Origin: Trichinella spiralis
Lineage: Eukaryota
Direction of reading: 5' to 3'
Assembly (NCBI RefSeq): GCF_000181795.1
Contig: NW_003526941.1
Span: 6,943,051-6,976,596, forward strand
DNA: 33,546 nt
The translations under genes and the position numbers were made by a program. Positions 1-11,446 of the stretch are shown piece by piece (the stretch's first letter is position 1; every line of letters starts with the position of its first letter). The notes under the pieces were generated by a model. The model saw only the letters and a program-made list of their open reading frames with translations, was not told the origin of the DNA and made no database searches.

Positions 1-49
1 GTCGATTTGGTAAAAGATGTAAAAATACAAAATCAGCTAGCTGTATTGT

Positions 50-1208
50 ATGTCGTACGGTTGCTGCACTATGCCCGAGAAATTCAGTTTCATGAAAGAC
101 TCCGGTACAAATGCATCTACAACAGATTACGTGTTTTATGGCAAAACGCCCGAAGACAATTACCCTGCACCATCAAAAAAGAATGCTGCTCTGCAAATGA
201 AGGACTGTTTTCAAAAAATTATAAACTCAATTATGCTAATTGTGTTCACCATTTTCGTTACTGTTGTTTTCCGCGTGTTGCTGAAGCACTACGAAAATCA
301 ATCTTTTCTACAAACTTTGGAAATATTACCCGATTTAAGTGCACTATGTGCGCAGGAAGGAAATTCAGTTTGCTATTATCATCCGTCCATATATCCTAAT
401 ACATGTAAATTCACAGTTTGTCAAAGTTTGTATCTAATACTGGACAACGTGACAATGGACAGGTTGATTGTCAAAAGAGATAGCGCAACATTTCGCATAG
501 CAGTACCAGATATGACACTGTGCGGCAGAGAAAAGTGGTGTATGAATGGAGAATGCGTCAAGGCTCCAAGTTCACTGCAGCACAAAATGGCGGATCGGAA
601 AGGCAAATGGGTCCCCGATCCTCGATGCTTCATCTACAAAAATGTCGAGTTAAAAAGTAAAATATCTACAGTTATTCTTTTTTTTCAAATTTATTATTTA
701 TCTTTTTTTCAGATGCAATTCATTATTATCGATTTCCAAAATTTACACTTACCAGTGATCGTGAAACGTGCCAGAAATCGAAAGGAATGCCTCTGTTTTA
801 CATTGAACTGTTCAGTCCTATTGGACCGATTCCATTTGGACATGTAGAAGATAGCTGGAAAAGTTCTTTGAATCCATTTATCGCCGCATACCAGTGGTCA
901 GTCTGTCCTTCACAACCAAAAAGGAGCGACTACATGAAAGACGTATTGAAAAAATTTTTATCATTAATTTATTTTACTTTTCATTTATTTATTTTCAAAA
1001 ATTTTAGTTTTGCAAAACAAAGTTCTCACAGTCATTCGATGCGTACGCTTTGCGCGAGGAAGTCTGCACTTTCAAATGTGCAGAAGACGGTGAAACGTAC
1101 GCACTGCCGAACGGCATGACTTGCTTTTCCAAACGACATTACCACGAAACGATGTGCTTCATGGGACTCTGCATTGAAAAATTTTCAAGATTGGACTATT
1201 TGAACTAA
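50..1208 (+). CDS. Cys-rich protein with two ADAMTS-type cysteine-rich (disintegrin-like) modules and a possible N-terminal TM/signal anchor; ~345 aa, 5' end uncertain
   Basis: Exons 50-656, 713-942, 1008-1208, with GT-AG introns 657-712 (phase 1) and 943-1007 (phase 0), join into one frame ending TAA at 1206-1208. Module 1: LSALCAQEGNSVC..TCKFTVC..VPDMTLCGREKWCMNGECV, matching the ADAMTS 'DGT.CG..KWC..G.CV' pattern. Module 2: FCKTKF..VCTFKC..LPNGMTC..MCFMGLCI. Hydrophobic stretch IINSIMLIVFTIFVTVVFRVLL. No HExxH motif in the window; upstream exons outside the window cannot be excluded. Confidence 0.7.
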
Positions 1209-3114
1209 TTATTTGAATAATATTTATTATTAATTATTTTTCACAATCAGTTCTAATTTTACTTCACATATTGAATTTATTTTTCATTTTCTTTTTAATT
1301 ATTCACATGAATGAATATCTTCAAATAGAAAATTTAAGCAGTGTTCATTGGAAGAATTTTAATTTCAACGAACCAACTCACTTATTTCAGAGCTGTAATT
1401 TGCATAGTTGTTTTTTTGAAATTATAAAATCAGTTCACATTTTTCATCGATTTCAAACCATCAACTGTCGCTTTGTTCAGTGTATCGGAAGAATCGTAAT
1501 TGCAAATGCAAAACTTGCAAAGCACAGCAACACTTGCAAATTTCATCATGATAACTAACGATTATTATTAAATTATGCTATGCTATGAAATTTACAATAA
1601 TACATTTATAGAAAATTTCGACAATTAAATCAAATACTTTAAAATTCGAATAAATACTGAAAAACTAACAAAAAGCAGTTTCTATTTTCCATCAATAAGA
1701 TTCATCCATGATTTTCATTACTTTTACTGTATGTGTTTTCTACGATGACGACTTTTGTACGATACGATTTATACTTTACATAATATGAAATGGCTTCGTT
1801 CAAAATTCGTTCGACAAGTATTAATTGTACAAGCAGTTAAAGGTAAAAAATATTTTATCTATGTTTTTCTATTGTAATATGCGAAAGAAGCCATTTATAC
1901 AAATAATCGTGAATTAGTTGATTGTGAAGAGGTTTTTTCTTCTATATCATTTCTTTTCTCATGCTTTCCTCATTATATAGTTTCTTTTCTCTTTTTCATG
2001 AATATTTCTGCTGTAATTTCATGTTTGACATAATAGGTGAAATATATTTTTTTGTGTGTGGAAAAAAATTCCCTTACTTAAGTAGCCGTTTTGTGTTGAT
2101 AAAAATGCACTTCTGATATGGCAGTTGTTAATAGTAATTGGTAATTTTTTCCACTGCTTTGTTTAAATAGAATCTGTTCAAATAGCTTTGCTGTGAATAG
2201 TTTCCTGTATTTTTAATTGGAGCACTTTAAGTATTAATTGACTGATTGATTGATTGTTTTTTTCAAATTGTTGGCGGTGATTTCAAAGACTAGTTGAACG
2301 CTAGACGTTGCATTTTATTTTGTTCTGTTTGGTCTGAATGAAAATTGTTCAGCGCTTTGCTTTGCAGTCGAAATTGTAATGTAACACTTTATCATTGTCG
2401 ACACGATGGTCAAATTGTTTGCTTTTATATATTTAAAAAAATCAATGAACTCTTTTGATACTTTCCATTATCAGCAAGCTATGCATGAGATTGTCGGTTC
2501 AGGTAATTCGGTGAGCAAATTTTTTGAATGAAATAAACTTTTTTGTTTCGCTTTTCTAAATTGAATTTCAAAAGATTTGTAAATTTGTTTTCAATATCCA
2601 TGAAATGCTGCTCAGTTTTTACTTTTTACTTATTTTCAATTAATATTTTTAAAAGCAATACATCATTTGTTGATGAAAATAAATGAACTAATGCTCTAGC
2701 ACATGGTATAGCCAATCAATGAGCGGAAATAGTTAGGTGCAGTTTTTCAGTTGGAAATATTCTCATCTGAGGTTTGATTCATTAGGTCTAACAGCTAGTT
2801 TCAGTATCGAATTTTATTAGCATATTGGATATATATGCTTAAAGTTGCTCTATTCGATGTCAGTGTTAAATTTAAGAAATGGAAAAGGAACAGTGAATTT
2901 TTTTTGGGCAAATAAATTTTCAGTTCATTTTGCCCAGTAAATATTTATTTAAAATAATCAGAGGATAGACGGGGCTTCAATAATTGGATCAGTTGAAAAA
3001 AGAAGAAAAGAAAAGAGAAAAAAGATCCGTTTGAAATTGAATGAATAGATGAGAAAATTGAATAATCGGTCAGTTTAGTTGTTCTCTTGCGCTGTTGGTT
3101 TGCTGAGGTGGAAA

Positions 3115-3810
3115 TTATTGTTCAACGGCATAACACTGTACTCCTTTCAAATAGCCAATTTGCATGCAATCCAACATGAAGGCGATGGTCTTTCGCCAGG
3201 CGTTCGTAGAACGTTTTCGAGAGGGAAGTTTTCTGGTCACATTTTCCACCAAATCGAACAGTACATCGCCGAAAATTAGCCAATATGCCGGATCAAAGCC
3301 ACGTTTTGTCAATACCCAATGTTGAGCACCGAGGTCGATCAGGGAGTCGGCAATGTTCACATCCACGTTGGAAATGTTGACCATGAGAATGTCGATTACA
3401 TCCTAATGATGAGATGGAATGAGAATTGTTAAGAACAAGCAAAAAGAAAATTATTATGTGCAAATTTGTTTGTGATAATAGTACAATACCTGAAAAATCA
3501 TGGTATGCCTGTGAAGACGTGTACTGTTCAATGCCATCTCAGTATCCAACGCGGATACGCCGAACAGTGATTTCAGATCTGGTCGTCGGTTGAAAATTTG
3601 ACGAAAAATTTCCATACCAACCAGATGTTGGTGTTTTTCCTTCAACGCTGCCCAGACGTTTCTGGTTAAAATCACTTCTTTCGGATTAAGCACTAGACTG
3701 ATCGGTTTTTGCTCATCAGCGCTACAGCATTCATTTTCGGCATTGTTCAGACGTGACAATTCGAAATACTTCCCGGCTGGAGGAATATTGCGGCTGAAAT
3801 GGGCACCCAT
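3115..3810 (-). CDS. Globin with N-terminal extension and N-myristoylation motif (~202 aa)
   Basis: Exons 3810-3490 and 3402-3115, phase-0 intron 3489-3403 (GTATTG..CATTAG). Globin landmarks: A-helix LNPKEVILTRNVW, B/C region GMEIFRQIFNRRPDLKSLF (CD1 Phe), distal His in RLHRH, proximal His in LIDLGAQH, G-helix FDPAYWLIFGDVL, H-helix NAWRKTIAFMLDCMQIGY. Starts MGAHFS. Confidence 0.9.
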
Positions 3811-4229
3811 GATCGTCGATCTTTGGAACTTTCTCTTACCCCAACTGCTCACTTGTTAAGCAGTGCTTGCTTTGGCAGAGCTGACTGGGCGGAGCTGGAC
3901 TGAGAGAATCGTTAAAGCGAGCAACAGTTGTCTTTCTATTCAATTTACTTACCCCGGCTAGTTGATTTTTCCTTTTCCTTTTCCTTTTTCTTTTTCTCCG
4001 TGTGCATTTTCTTTTCATGCTGATTTTTCTCCATTGACAAAATCAGATTCATTTTCAACATCCACTGACCGACCGACTGATTTGGTTTGTTCAATTTTTG
4101 ACAATCAAGCTTAATATTTGCATACTTTTGACCGAGGTAAATCGATGAATTTGGTTGGGTAAATTATCGTCAACCGACATCTCTTCTCATCAGTGAATCG
4201 CATCTCTTCTTGTCCAACTGGCGAACTAT

Positions 4230-4287
4230 CCTCCCTCCCTCCCTCCCCTCTCTCTCTCTTTCTCTCCCTCTCTCCCTCTCTCCCTCT
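4230..4287. repeat. Pyrimidine-rich (CT/CCCT)n low-complexity tract between the divergent globin and IL-17R starts
   Basis: cctccctccctccctcccctctctctctctttctctccctctctccctctctccctctt is directly visible. Confidence 0.8.
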
Positions 4288-4993
4288 TATCATGCCTAAT
4301 CATTTTTGATTATTCCAACAATTTTCCAACTTTCAACACTACTATTGTAAATAACAACTAATGGCACGAAATAAATGCAACTTTCATCATTTTTTCCAAC
4401 AATATCTATCTACTTACTACACTGATCGTTAAGTTGCTTTATTTGAACAATTTTATGTATTTATTTATTTATTTATTCATTGTTATTGATACAATCTTCA
4501 TCTTTGGCAGATCTTAATGTTTAGTAATGTTATTTATTCATGTTCGAGCGGTTGTCGTTTTCTCATTTTTTGTTTCTTTCTTTAGTATTCGTTATATCCA
4601 ATTTATAGCACATCACTGACTGAACAAGTCAATGGAATTGATTGATCGGATGGCAATGTTTTTGAAAGTTTGAATTTTTTTTAGCCCATTTCACTTTCAC
4701 TTGATGTGTTTATTTGAATTCCTAAGTGACACCACCGTGTGTTATGAACATAGTTTTTTGAGCGTAAAAATTGTTTTTACTTATCACATTGTTATGTTTT
4801 AAATTCACTATTTTTCATTTTATTTGTTCTTTGTTTTGTACGATTTGTTATACATGCTGAACGTTGTTTTCTTCTTTGGATACTGTTGTTGGTATAATTC
4901 TTGATTGTAATGTTTGTCGTACTGTAGGTAGATCTGTATGGTTTAAGTCCGCATTGTGGCAGCCCGGCAGCTGTAGCACAGTGACAAGCTGAG

Positions 4994-7900
4994 ATGAGAA
5001 TCATCGTTGCAGTGGTTTTCATATTTTGGTCAGTTTGCATTTGCTATTGTGGTCGAGAAATTTTATCCGGATGTACAGATCAGGTACAGCAACTGCTCAT
5101 TCTTGAACATTTAAATAAATCCTCGTTCAATTTTCATTCCATTCTACATTTCAGGATCGTCTTGGCTGTAACACCAGTTCCAGTAAGCGTTTGATATTTT
5201 TTCTTTCGAATGGCATGTTTTTTTTGTTTTTTGTTGTATTGTTGGTTATTATTTTACTTTGTTGCTTTTTGTTCCAAATGAACTTTGGACAAATTCGACG
5301 AAACACTTTTATCAAATAAGTGAATGATATATTTTTTTGTTTGAATGTTTTGTAGTAATAATTTCTTTTCTTTTTTGTGCTTAAAGCTGCACTAATTTGA
5401 ACAATTCGATTCCACTATCCAAGTTCTGTTTCTTTTTTCTTTTTTTTTGGTTAAAATTTATTTGCTCGCTTGTGTCCGAGATTATCGATTGATTGACGTT
5501 TAATATTTTGTCTTATTTTCAGACTGTGACTTTGAATCCGAGGGCGAGGTTGATTATCAGAACATTAGCCCGCCGCACGATTTGCGAATCGTTTGTCACA
5601 TTATGGTCATTTCGGAAGGCGAACTTCTTGCATATCAACTGGTGACCAACATCACGTGGAGGCCGCCGTTCGATGGTGAGTTTCCATATTTTTTCTTTTT
5701 ATTCATAATACCCCACTCACTCACTGTTCGTGTAAATATCATAATTCAGGAAAGGTGGAAAAGTAAGCCGCGAGCATGCGGGGGGACCCAGTTTTCGGTC
5801 AAACGTTTCTTTTTAATACAACAAATATTATGCTTTCCTTTGCTGACGTCATTGGTATAAATTCTGTTAGTCACGTGATTTGAATTTCCATGAAAATTAT
5901 CTGCAACTTTTGTTTTTTTTGTTTTGTTTGGCAACTTTCACCTATAGCATAGTAGTAATAGTAGTAGCATGTGTGACGGACGCGTAGAAGCGGCGTATTG
6001 CATGCAGCATTGTAGTGAAATGAATTGATTTTCTTTTTACAACGGATGACACTTGCGAAATTTTTTTTGGCTATTTAATAATACGAATCAAAAACTTCCA
6101 CTTTGCTGTTTTTCAGCGTTGTCAAATAAATTTTCGCTCAATAGCAAGCAGATCTGTTTTGACAGCTAATAAAAAGTGCTCGTTTATTTCCTTCTTTGTT
6201 TTTTTTCTCTTCGTTTCATATTTTCGTTGCTGCTTTGCTAAATTTGAATCCGTAGAAAAAGCGAAGCCTAATAATAGTAGTAATAATGATAATAATCAAA
6301 TTGCATTGGTTGAGCTGGTTGATTTTATATCAAAAAAAAAAAATTTTTTTTCCAAATTTCCATAGAAACACTAGAACGAGTTCGTGGATTCGGTTTGACA
6401 ATTATCGACGAAGACACCGGTGACATCCACTGTTACACTATGCGAGTGGACAATTCCAAGTGGACCAAAGCGGACCAGTCTGCGTCGGTGAGCTTGTTGG
6501 CCGCTTCTGTTTGCTTGCTGTTGTGTACCTTTGTTCGCTTGTATAGAAAGAGTTGGCTTGTTGCTTTTCAGATAGTGATGTGGCTGTTCTTGGACAAGTT
6601 GTTTACTTTTGGTAGTCGGTATCGCGTCGACGTTGAAACACTGCCCAAATCGTCTTCTTCCAGTCGGTTGCTCAAAGTTACCCCATCGACAACAACAGCA
6701 ACGCAGCTTGTTACAATGCCTGAACGGCCAGGTTCGGTTTTTTTTCTCTCTAATTATTGCATATGATAATTTTTTATTTTATTTTTCTATACAAAATACA
6801 TAATTATTTCAGGGGTGGGTACAATTTTATTCGAATTTCCATTGTTGAACCTCGTTCCATTGTTTTGAAGCGTTGTTTTATTTTTTTAATCTCATGGAGA
6901 GAGAGTGGGAGAGATTAGCAACGAATTGTGCATCCTAGTACTAGTCTGTTGGATTGAATGAATTGTATCATTTTTCAATTTGTTCTGTTGTTCATTTGTC
7001 AAATGGTGGGGCTAGTTGATGCTTCTAGTAGTAGTACTAGTAGTATTATACTCAGTAATTATATTATAATCAGTTGGTTCTTTTTTGCATTTATTTATTG
7101 ATTTCAGACAGTGGCAACATGCTTCCACCGGCTGGTGACAGATGTTCACCTCAGGCACGATTGAATGCATACCGTTGGGTGACAGCTTTTCGTATGGTTC
7201 ACATAAAGTCATGGCAGAGGTCGATTGATGTGCAATTTATCGCCGCCCCGCCGGCATTCTGTTTCGACGCCTACGAGCTGAGGTTGATTCGATCGAAACG
7301 TGACATTGTCCAGTCGGGTCTATTTCGAGTGGACAAATTGTACACGGAGCAGTTCGACAATGCTACCATTTATTATGGCAATTACACTTTTTACAATGTG
7401 CAACCGGGCGAATACAGTATCGGGGTAAGTGGAGAAGAAAGTGATTGTTATATTTTTTGTTTGTTTGTTCGAAAAACGGGAGGTACAAGCAGGGGGAAGG
7501 GTTAAATTTTTTTTTTGATTTATATGTGATTTTGTTATTTCAGATCATTCCAATCGATAAGGACGAAAACGGTACGTGTCTGTGTCCGGCTCCCGGTGAA
7601 CATTGTTCTTGCAGTTTGAGCGTTTTGCCAGATTTTGTTGTGCAGGGTAAGTATTTGTTGTTTTTGATTCGTACATTATTCACAGATGACTATCCCTATC
7701 TATATGTGTTCATATATATATATGTGTATATGTATGTAGAAGTAGCGTTTCCAACGGTTGACCCGTGCGAAATGATCTCTTCGACTGCAGCAGCATGCAA
7801 TCACAAGTTGAACGGTACAAAACAGTTCGTAATACCTCACGTATCGTTTTCCGATTATTTCACTACCAACGTTATGATGTTGTCCGTGTGTGTGGCGGTT

Positions 7901-9301
7901 GGTGTGATTTGTCTGTTGTTTGGTGTTTTGTATATTCGTCAACGGTGGATGAAAGCGTTCAAAGGTTCGCATCTTTGTTTCTGTATATATATATATTATA
8001 ATGTTAATTATTCATGATCAAATTTGTTTGGTTCAGGCAATTTGCAAAGGTATATTTCAACTAATCCAGAAACGACGATCTCATTGTTGCCTTCGGCAAC
8101 GAGCAAAGCAACAGTAACGACGACTACAGGGGGCGGGGAAGATTTTGGAAACAAAGCAGCGGTTAAAGTGGACGAACAATTTTTGGGCAGTATTTCCGAT
8201 CGTCCAGTTTACTGTATTTTGTTGTTGTACGCACCGGACAGTGCTGCTCATGAGCAGTGCGTTCGAAGTTTGGCGAGCTGGTTGCAGCAGTCTTGCTTGA
8301 ATATTTCGTTGCGTGTGGATTTTCTTTGCCGAGCCGAAGTGGCCCGCAGCAAAACCGACTGGGCACAGCGCACTGTACAGCAAGCCGATTTGATTCTGCT
8401 CGTCCAGTCGACCGGCGCTTTTCTGCGCTACCAGGCGAAAGTGTTCGACGACCCGGATGTTGGCTTCGTAGAGCGGAAACAGCCCGGCGAATTCGACGAT
8501 CTCTTCCTCATTCAGGTGGACATGCTGCTCAATGCGTTGTACGGACGTGAATTCGGTGCCAACGAACATCGTCGTCCAAGGCGACTGATTAATCTACGCT
8601 TCAGCTATACCGGAAGCCGGTGGACGTTGCCACCGTTCGCCTCGCACACATGCTACGAACTTCCGAATCATTTCCACTTTTTCCTCCTCACGCTGACTGA
8701 TCACGGCCTCCAACTGTTGCCCGGGTCGATTGAACCGTTGCGAAAGGCGATCACCGATGCAAATCAGTTCGTCACTGCCAATCGTGATTGGTTCCTTTCG
8801 TTGCATTGCCGTCGTTTGACCACAACTGTCGACCAGAACAATACTCGTTGGACTGGTATCAGTAGTAGTAGTAGTAGTAGTGGTGGTGATGGTACTGGTT
8901 GTAAGCATTTGGTCGAAGAAGAAGGCGATGATGCTAAAGTTGAACAGCAACGTCGTCAACATTTGGCCATGGATGATGATGTGAAGAAACAACAACAATT
9001 CACTCTTTTTGAAAGCAATTTGGGAAAAAATGACGATGCTGACGATGACAATCATCAGTTCAAGCAGATTATACGTCAGTTGGCGGTGGTTGAACACGCT
9101 GCAGCCGGAACTGGCACCACGCTGGACCGTTGTTTAGGGGAAGAGAAACAGAACAACAATCCAACTGTATCAGTTGACGACGGCTTTGGAGAGGATTCGG
9201 CTGAGCAGAGTTCGTCGTCTTTGTCGTCGTCGTCCATTTCTCACCTCCGTCGGCATCTCACCCCATCGTGTTATTCTCCTCACGCAGTGGCGGTCCCTTG
9301 A
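4994..9301 (+). CDS. Interleukin-17 receptor family protein (signal peptide, FNIII-like ectodomain, TM, SEFIR domain); ~820 aa
   Basis: Nine exons 4994-5083, 5155-5182, 5523-5675, 6366-6487, 6572-6731, 7108-7424, 7544-7646, 7740-7964, 8037-9301. All introns are GT-AG with matching phases; total 2463 nt. Signal peptide MRIIVAVVFIFWSVCICYC. Ectodomain motifs SPPHDLRI..NITWRPP and YTFYNVQPGEYSIGIIP. TM VMMLSVCVAVGVICLLFGVLYI. SEFIR box ILLLYAPDSAAHEQCVRSLASWLQQSC..VDFL..DWAQRTVQQADLILLVQS. Which paralogue (ilcr-1 or ilcr-2 like) cannot be determined by eye. Confidence 0.9.
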
Positions 9302-9426
9302 AAAAGCCTAGCTTTTTGTTGTTTTGCCTAGCTTTGGAAGCTTTTTGTTCATTTTCCTTCTCTCGTCGTCTGTCGAAAAATGAATCATGGTCGAAAATCC
9401 AAGCATGGTCGATGCAAGATGGACAC

Positions 9427-9474
9427 AGATAGATATAAATAGATAGAGATAGATAGACGGATAGATGATATAGA
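9427..9474. repeat. Imperfect (GATA)n microsatellite downstream of the IL-17R stop
   Basis: agatagatataaatagatagagatagatagacggatagatgatatagat. Confidence 0.7.
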
Positions 9475-9641
9475 TCGAGCCAATTTATTTATTGTGTGTA
9501 CTTTATTCTTTCCAATTTTATAAATGGAAGAAGAATTTTTTTCCGTGTAAAAATAATGTAACAAACGAACGAATCAGTCAAAAAGAAAAAAAATGATAAA
9601 TTGAAGAAAGAAAGAGCAATTCAAAATTCAAACTGATGCGC

Positions 9642-9677
9642 ACTACTAGTAGTAGTAGTAGTAGTACTAGTAATAGT
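9642..9677. repeat. (TAG/CTA)n microsatellite between the convergent IL-17R and CSP 3' ends
   Basis: actactagtagtagtagtagtagtactagtaatagt; similar AGT runs occur at 8861-8881 (poly-Ser coding) and 7025-7045. Confidence 0.7.
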
Positions 9678-9773
9678 GGATGAAGTGCGAAATATCATGT
9701 GTGGACATATTATATATTATTGGTCGTGTAATTTTTACAGAAAACGAGGGAATGTGATGGAAAATTCTTCTTT

Positions 9774-11446
9774 TCAGTTGTTTATACTTCCGTAAGCTGC
9801 GACACCGCCGCCATCACTGAGCAATGAGCTAGCATAGCTTGGTGAGCCCCCATGGAGGAGGGTTTCACTGCTGCTGACGGGCGTCTCTTGTACAGCAATC
9901 ACCGCCGGTCGACCACTACTCGTGCTCTTCCAACCAGACTCATTGTGGATATGAACGTCATCTTTCGGTGTTGAACATTCTTCACCTTCCCCATTCGAAG
10001 CAGTTTCAGGCGACTTGTTCTGTTCCTCCTTTGAAAATAGAAAACAAAAATCTCACACATCTTGTTCCATTGTGTACCAATATCAGAATACACTGTTTTT
10101 GTTTGTTATATGGTACTGAACATATTTTGTAGAGTAAAACAGACCGTATGCTTACCATGAGAAGATCTTCGTCGGATGGTTTGTAACGACCGCAGCAAAA
10201 GTTGCAACAAAACCAGCAAAAGCAGCAACAAAAATAACCGCACGTGAGCACACCGAAACATAACATCGCTATCTGTTGTTGTAAATTCAACGGAAACTTA
10301 TGAGACTTCTTTCTTATGATCATAGCTTTCTTTTTGTGCAAAATTTTAACTTACTCGGAAAATTTTGCTAGTCAAGAAAACTGAAGCCAATCTACTGTCG
10401 CCGAATGTTTCGGCAATTTGAATTCCCACATGACCAAGTGAATCGTAGATTTTCCTCTTCGATTCGTCCGATAATATAGCATTTGCACGACTGATTTCTT
10501 TGAACTAGGTGAAACGAAACGAAACGAACTTTATCTCGCGTAAACAATCAAAAAAAATTATGCAAATCAAATTGTCAAATAATTCCTGATTTTCATTTCC
10601 ATTTACAGTATATCTATTTGATGCCATTTAATTCGTCGAATAGTTCTCGTCCAAATGACGACAATTCACAAAACTGTGGGCATTATTTATTATTTAATAC
10701 AATAAATAAATAATTCAAGCGTACTATTCGAAACTGAGTTCAGTTGGGTCAAATAATACCACTCTATAAGTTCAACAATTATACTGTAGGAATATGAACT
10801 TGAAATAATTTCAGATAAGTAAGCTAACAGTACTCGAGCAAATATAGCTTAAAGACATGACCGAACAGATAGATTACAGTAGACATTTTACGACTGAAAT
10901 GAACAAACAACCACGTCCCGCTTATTCAACAACTGAATGCACAGTATTGCACAGAAGCAATTTATTCAACCAACCGCACTGTATTCCGAAAACTGTATAT
11001 AATACTAGCTTTGTTGCTACAGCTAACAGAAACCTGCATCACACGATACAAAGGTAAGCATAAAATACCACCTTATCTGTTCTTTTTAATATTTGCTTTT
11101 TATTACTTACTCACCTTTTCACTAACTTCTGGGTTATCTAAATTTCTGTCCGGGTGATATTTTAATGCAAGCTGCAAATGTGAAAATTTTTAGTCAAGTA
11201 GTACAATGCAAAAAATATTGACCGCATTCTAATTAGTACTTTACGGTAGGCGGTTTTGATCTCGCTTGGCGTTGCGTCTTTCGAAACCCCTAGTATATCA
11301 TATAGGCTTCTTTCGTTTGTGCTGTAAATTTGCAACGAAACATTTAAACTGGTAACAAATTTGATAAGGTAAAAATTTCGTCCTTACGAAGCAGATCTTC
11401 TTCTGCCAGGACTGTCTCTTTGGTTACAATTGTCCCTGTCATCCAT
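9774..11446 (-). CDS. DNAJC5: Cysteine string protein (DnaJ homolog subfamily C member 5); ~239 aa
   Basis: Exons 11446-11388, 11321-11240, 11171-11115, 10504-10355, 10272-10156, 10028-9774 (720 nt, phases consistent). N-terminus RRRSAST resembles the CSP PKA site. J-domain [56 protein letters not shown] with HPD. Cysteine string CFGVLTCGYFCCCFCWFCCNFCCGRYKP. The nematode name is dnj-14. Confidence 0.93.

Noticed and set aside
7..399. 130-aa ORF overlapping the first gene in another frame
   Set aside because: No recognisable motifs, TTG start, and the alternative frame carries the ADAMTS-like Cys pattern and splices consistently.
3836..4018. Lys/Arg-rich ORF (MKRKCTRRKRKRKRKRK) upstream of the globin
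   Set aside because: Produced by a TTTTCC low-complexity tract; no supportable splice into the globin frame.
8081..9097. Antisense ORFs of 162 and 167 aa
   Set aside because: Shadows of the SEFIR-coding exon; no domain features.
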